In this document: piece by piece, positions 59,711-64,000 of the stretch
How the letters are laid out: every line of letters starts with the position of its first letter
How positions within the stretch are numbered: the first letter of the stretch is position 1
From: Zestosphaera tikiterensis
Lineage (GTDB): Archaea; Thermoproteota; Thermoprotei_A; Sulfolobales; NBVN01
Reading direction: 5' to 3'
DNA: 64,000 nucleotides
Assembly: GCA_003056265.1 (NCBI GenBank)
Contig: NBVN01000002.1
Coordinates: forward strand, 83,700-147,699
Position numbers and translations under genes: made by a program
Notes under the pieces: model-generated
What the model saw: only the letters and a program-made list of their open reading frames with translations
Database searches by the model: none
What the model was told of the DNA's origin: nothing

Positions 59711-60386
59711 TCTTAAAAGCAAGTTGCTTTTCTGAAATGCCGTAGAGCCGAGCCTTAAAACTCCAGCTAAACATTTTATGGAGAGCGTTAAACTTGTAAG
59801 CCGGTCTCATAAGCGTTCGTCCTTTCTTTAAAGCGTCAAGCACTTCTTCCTTTTTTAAATCATTTACGTAAATTAAGTTATATGAACATCCTATTTCAGA
59901 GAGGGTATGGGCGTCGGAGTTTGATAGTAGGGTTTTAGACTTATTACGTAACATTAAATAACTAAGCAAGTTGGTTATAGGGTCTGAGCGTGCGTTAAAT
60001 ACTTCAAATCCATCCCATAAATCATAAATTCTCGATTTACCGCCGACGCCGAGTCTTTTTAAATCGAATGGGTGTGCCGGTATTATAACGCAGGAATTTT
60101 CTTTAGCTATATCACGTAAGAGGTAAGGATTTTCTGAAACGGTAATAGGTTCTTCACAGAATATTAGAACATCGCCCCATACCGTCCTGACTTCATTTCC
60201 CAATAACACAACTATATCATGTTCCTCTGCATATCTAGACGCTATTACAGATCCTAAAAAGCTGTTGTGATCGGTTATGGATATTACATTAAGTTTTAAT
60301 TTACGGGCGTATTTCACTATATCTTTAGGTGAGGCTTCACCGTCGCTAACGTAGCTGTGTATGTGTAAATCAGCTCGAGCAAGCAT
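59652..60386 (-). CDS. PHP-domain metal-dependent phosphoesterase
   Basis: 244 aa with the N-terminal ADLHIHSYVSDG motif. The low-complexity C-terminal tail (GGDSSSGSSSA) is read from the GC-rich element and may not be genuine. Confidence 0.75.
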   Translation of the reverse strand: MLARADLHIHSYVSDGEASPKDIVKYARKLKLNVISITDHNSFLGSVIASRYAEEHDIVVLLGNEVRTVWGDVLIFCEEPITVSENPYLLRDIAKENSCVIIPAHPFDLKRLGVGGKSRIYDLWDGFEVFNARSDPITNLLSYLMLRNKSKTLLSNSDAHTLSEIGCSYNLIYVNDLKKEEVLDALKKGRTLMRPAYKFNALHKMFSWSFKARLYGISEKQLAFKTNLLPVLRGGDSSSGSSSA

Positions 60387-60452
60387 TCTTCAACACAACG
60401 TATGTTTCTTGCTGTTATTTGAGTAAAGCGTGATTCACACCTTATCTAACAG

Positions 60453-61856
60453 CTATGACGTATGTCTTTTCGATATTTCACTCCATAGAAAAACGTATTT
60501 TAACGCCTTAATGGCTTCTTCAGGCGTTTTGAAAGCTGGTATCTTAACCTCACGTTCTAAGGTTTCTATATGTCTTTCTGTGTAAGAACCACCTGGCGAG
60601 GCTAAAACCACGGGTTTCCTATACGACTTTACTAAAGTGCTTAACTCCTTAACAAAGCCTAATGGCTCGAAAGCCGGTGACTGCATAAGAGTTATCACTA
60701 AAACTAAGTCTACGTTATCGTCTTTCAAAACCGCTTCCACAGCGATTTTATATCTAGCGGGGGGAGCATCACCTAAAATATCCACGGGGTTTTGAACTGA
60801 CGCGGCTGGAGGCAACTCTCTTCTTAAGTATTCTTTAACTTCACTAGAGAGTTCAACGATCTTAAGGCCTTCTAGTTCTGCTGCGTCCGTAGCTAAGACA
60901 CCAGCCCCTCCGCCATTAGTGACTATGGCTAAGTTATTGCCTTTAGGTACCGGCAACCAACTTAATGCTTTAGCAACTAATATAAGTTCATTTAATTCTT
61001 TAACTACTATAGCTCCAGCTTGTTTTAAAGCAGCTTCGTAAACCTGGTAGGAACCAGCTAAGGAACCTGTATGCGACGCGACTGCTTTCATGCCCTTCTC
61101 CGATTTCCCCGCTTTAAGTATGACTACAGGTTTTCCAAGCTTTACAGCGGTTTTTATAGAGTTGAGGAACTTCCTCCCATCCTCAACTCCCTCTATGTAT
61201 GCTAAGATAACTTTAGTCTTAGGGTCGTAAGCTAAGAACTCTATTAACTCCCATTCTTTAACGTCAGCAGCGTTACCGAAGCTAACGAATTTAGACATAC
61301 CTACACCGGCTTCACTAAGCCAGTCTAACACAGCAGCGCCTAAAGCTCCAGACTGCGATATGAAAGCCACATCACCCGGTAAAGGTTTACTTTGCCTATC
61401 TGAGGGGTTGAAGATAGTGTCCAAGCCTGTGTAAGCATCGTATATACCTAAGCAGTTAGGACCTATGACTCTCATACCATGTTTCCTAGCTATTGAAACA
61501 AGTTCTTTCTCAAGCATCTCGCCCTGAGGACCTACCTCCTTAAAACCAGCACTTATGACTATGGCCGCCTTAACACCCCTTAAGCCGCACTCATCTAACA
61601 CCGAAGGAACGACTTTAGCTGGGACGGCAACCACAACTAGGTCTGGAGTTTCAGGAAGCTCCGCGCAGCTCTTATAAGCTTTAAAACCTAAAACTTCGTC
61701 GTATTTAACATTTACGGGATATATCCTACCTTTAAACCTTTCAATGAGGTTATCCATTATTGCCCTACCTATAGTGCCCTTAACAGGTGACGCACCTATG
61801 AGTGCTATGCTGGAAGGCGCGAAAAACTTTTCAAATATTTCGTATCCAACACCCAT
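60453..61856 (-). CDS. ADP-forming acetyl-CoA synthetase alpha subunit / CoA-binding protein
   Basis: 467 aa with IALIGASP, GPNCLG and ASHTGSLAG (phosphohistidine loop). It is the intact paralogue of the 3912-4695 fragment. Confidence 0.85.
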   Translation of the reverse strand: MGVGYEIFEKFFAPSSIALIGASPVKGTIGRAIMDNLIERFKGRIYPVNVKYDEVLGFKAYKSCAELPETPDLVVVAVPAKVVPSVLDECGLRGVKAAIVISAGFKEVGPQGEMLEKELVSIARKHGMRVIGPNCLGIYDAYTGLDTIFNPSDRQSKPLPGDVAFISQSGALGAAVLDWLSEAGVGMSKFVSFGNAADVKEWELIEFLAYDPKTKVILAYIEGVEDGRKFLNSIKTAVKLGKPVVILKAGKSEKGMKAVASHTGSLAGSYQVYEAALKQAGAIVVKELNELILVAKALSWLPVPKGNNLAIVTNGGGAGVLATDAAELEGLKIVELSSEVKEYLRRELPPAASVQNPVDILGDAPPARYKIAVEAVLKDDNVDLVLVITLMQSPAFEPLGFVKELSTLVKSYRKPVVLASPGGSYTERHIETLEREVKIPAFKTPEEAIKALKYVFLWSEISKRHTS

Positions 61857-61928
61857 TGGTCAACTCCCTAATCTACTAACCACAGGCTTAAAATTATTTA
61901 ATTAACTCCAACTACAGATATGAGTTCG

Positions 61929-61962
61929 CACCTACGTAAGTAGGTTAATGCTTACGTAGGTG
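61929..61962. promoter_or_regulatory. 12-bp perfect inverted repeat CACCTACGTAAG-N10-CTTACGTAGGTG
   Basis: It lies ~75 nt upstream of the 60453-61856 gene start, in a divergent intergenic region. Confidence 0.4.
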
Positions 61963-62350
61963 TTCATCGCCTATGGAATCCTTCAAACCCGACTGCGGGA
62001 GCTATTCATTCCTTCATAACTCCCCTCATCGAACTTGAATTCATTTAACGCTTATCCACCTCGCCATCATCATCAGTGTCGAAACCTCAACAAGTTTAGC
62101 ACTAGAGATACATAAGTGTTTTAATATGTTATCGTTAGCTAAAAATTAGTGTTAGATATTCACGCAACATCAGCATATCTACTAACAATAAAATATCTGA
62201 AATCCATTAACGCTTGGTAACACCTATGAAAAACGAAATCGTTTCTCGAAGGCGATCACAAACTTAGCAAAATTAAAACTGCCTACTTAATAAAAGGTAG
62301 GGTGTTGACTGCTGCCTAGCTTAAGTGAAGTACATCACGCGTGTTATGAG

Positions 62351-62962
62351 GTAGTTGTTCTAGACGTTGATGACACGCTTGTAAGGACAGGTATTGACTG
62401 GCGTAGGATTCGCGCGGAGATAGCTAAAGTTTTAGGGTTTGAAGTCCCTAAAACCCCTCTAGCCGAGTTTTTAAGCGGCGTTTCTGGGAGTGTAGATGCT
62501 CGTAAGCTAGCTACGGTTTTAGAGATCGTTCATAATGAAGAGATGAAAAGCGTTGACAGGATTGAAAGCAATGAAGCGTTGAAGGAGTTGATGAGTGAGT
62601 TAAAAAATCTAGGTTTGAAAATATCTGTAATTACTTTACGAAGTAAAGACACAACTGTAATGATATTAAAGAAGTTGAACATCCTCGAATTTATCGATCT
62701 AATAGTTACGAGGGAGGACGTCAGTCAAAGACTAGAGCAGCTAAAGTTAGTTCTAAAGTTCTTTAAAGTCCCTCCGCATGCTATAGTATTCTTCGGAGAT
62801 CATGAAACAGATTTAATAGCTGGTCAAACACTAAACGTAAAAACCGAATTAATACCTAAGAATCCTAACTCCTTAGGAGTGCCTGAAGAGCTTCTTATTA
62901 AATTACGTTCTTTAGTAGAGCATCATAAGCTGTTCTGCAGGAATTCAGGCCTACCTTCGTAA
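62351..62962 (+). CDS. HAD-superfamily hydrolase; start codon unresolved (apparent 1-nt indel near the 5' end)
   Basis: Motif I VVVLDVDDTLV (62351 onward) lies upstream of the first in-frame canonical start (62543). The frame is open from 62309 with no ATG/GTG/TTG. An ATG at 62346 is out of frame by one nt. Motif IV is FFGDHETD. Confidence 0.7.
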   Translation, partial: VVVLDVDDTLVRTGIDWRRIRAEIAKVLGFEVPKTPLAEFLSGVSGSVDARKLATVLEIVHNEEMKSVDRIESNEALKELMSELKNLGLKISVITLRSKDTTVMILKKLNILEFIDLIVTREDVSQRLEQLKLVLKFFKVPPHAIVFFGDHETDLIAGQTLNVKTELIPKNPNSLGVPEELLIKLRSLVEHHKLFCRNSGLPS

Positions 62963-64000
62963 ATAGGGTTTAAAAGCTTAACTTTCACGTAACTCCCTTC
63001 TTCATATCCTTCAACATTCTCATCAATAACTAAAACAGCATTGCCTTTAAGTAAAGTTGAAAGAATGCCTGAACCAGTGAGCCTTAAAGGAGTGATGTAA
63101 ACCTGACCATTATCCTCGTAAACAACAACTCTGAAGTAAGACTTAAACCCTACTACATTAGCTAACCTACGAGTTAACTTACCCTCAATAACGGACTCAG
63201 GCAATTTCCTCATGTTTAAGCGGTTCTCTATTAACGGTTTTAAGAAATTCTCTAAACCTACGAAAGCAGCGACCGGAAGACCGGATAGCATAAGCACGGG
63301 TTTTCCATCAATTAAAAACGCTCCAGCGGTTCTTCCAGGTCTTAAGTTAACTCCGTGAAAAATAAGCTCAGCTCCATTAAACTTGGATAGAACGTCAGGC
63401 ACGAGATCCTTACCGCCAACCGAAGTACCGCCGGTCACCACTACAACATCACACTTCCTTAAAGCCTTCTCAACAATATCTTTAATAGCAACTTCATCGT
63501 CTGGAACTATACCTAAATAAACGGGTTCACAACCTAATTCACTAACGTAAGCGGTGATTAGAGGTCCTGTTGAGTTCGGTATACCTGATTTATTACTTGC
63601 TTCATCAGCGAATTCATAAAGCTCATCCCCTACGTTAATCACGCAGACTTTAGGCTTTTCAAACACTTTAACCTCCTTATAACCTGATTCCACCAACGCA
63701 GCAATATGCCAAGGCCTAATTAAAGTCCCCTTAGATATGAGTAGCTCACCCTCCCTAAAATCCTCCCCTTTCCTACTTACGTTTTTAAACTTCTCCACCT
63801 GCTTGAATACGTAAACGTAGTTTCCCTCAATTAAAGCTTCTTCAAAAGGTATTACCGCATCGGAATTTTGAGGTAGTTGAGCGCCTGTATATACGATCGC
63901 TGCTTGGTTAACGTCAATACTTAAAGACTTACCGGAAATCACGTCTCCCGCTTCAACAACTCCAACTATCTCTAAGCGTATGGGGTTTGACTGAGAAGCA
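62923..64000 (-). CDS. moeA: molybdopterin molybdenumtransferase MoeA; 5' end runs off the window end
   Basis: AIVYTGAQLPQNSDAVIPFEE, VCVINVGDEL and VVVTGGTSVGGKDLVP fit the MoeA pattern. The frame stays open upstream of the track start to position 64000 (ASQSNPIRLEIVGVVEAGDV). Confidence 0.85.
   Translation of the reverse strand, partial: ASQSNPIRLEIVGVVEAGDVISGKSLSIDVNQAAIVYTGAQLPQNSDAVIPFEEALIEGNYVYVFKQVEKFKNVSRKGEDFREGELLISKGTLIRPWHIAALVESGYKEVKVFEKPKVCVINVGDELYEFADEASNKSGIPNSTGPLITAYVSELGCEPVYLGIVPDDEVAIKDIVEKALRKCDVVVVTGGTSVGGKDLVPDVLSKFNGAELIFHGVNLRPGRTAGAFLIDGKPVLMLSGLPVAAFVGLENFLKPLIENRLNMRKLPESVIEGKLTRRLANVVGFKSYFRVVVYEDNGQVYITPLRLTGSGILSTLLKGNAVLVIDENVEGYEEGSYVKVKLLNPIYEGRPEFLQNSL

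Overview
This 64 kb window looks like chromosome from a hyperthermophilic crenarchaeon, probably Thermoproteales-like. That assignment is an inference from four observations: a reverse gyrase gene, very GC-rich rRNA set in AT-rich coding DNA, a 16S-23S operon with no spacer tRNA and no linked 5S, and many rRNA introns. Most of the window is ordinary metabolism and housekeeping: etfAB and acyl-CoA dehydrogenase, a ClC channel, an FGGY kinase / RuBisCO-like protein cluster, a NitT/TauT-type ABC transporter, ilvD, a BASS transporter, pncA, surE, trmI, thyX, Alba, an XPB-like helicase, iorAB, pyrG, reverse gyrase, cysteine synthase, ADP-forming acetyl-CoA synthetase alpha and moeA. Four things stand out. 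(1) The rRNA operon (32.1-39.1 kb) is interrupted about ten times: three introns carry intact LAGLIDADG homing-endonuclease ORFs, seven are ORF-less mini-introns, and the 23S contains 10-nt and 26-nt micro-exons. (2) An uncharacterised membrane/envelope gene cluster lies at 21.9-28.3 kb. It holds a divergent paralogue pair (one with an extracellular transglutaminase-like Cys-His-Asp domain), a protein with SlaB-like architecture (signal, beta region, coiled coil, C-terminal anchor) and a tail-anchored beta-sandwich protein. It is bounded by a degraded ORF and tRNA-Val. (3) A decayed TnpB-only IS element splits an MDP-1-like HAD phosphatase gene. (4) Two diverged copies of a GC-rich, apparently structured element are present. 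Its shared hairpin keeps base pairing despite sequence differences, and its function is unknown. Several genes have damaged 5' ends or frameshifts. These are either real gene decay or indel errors in the assembly. No CRISPR array was seen.
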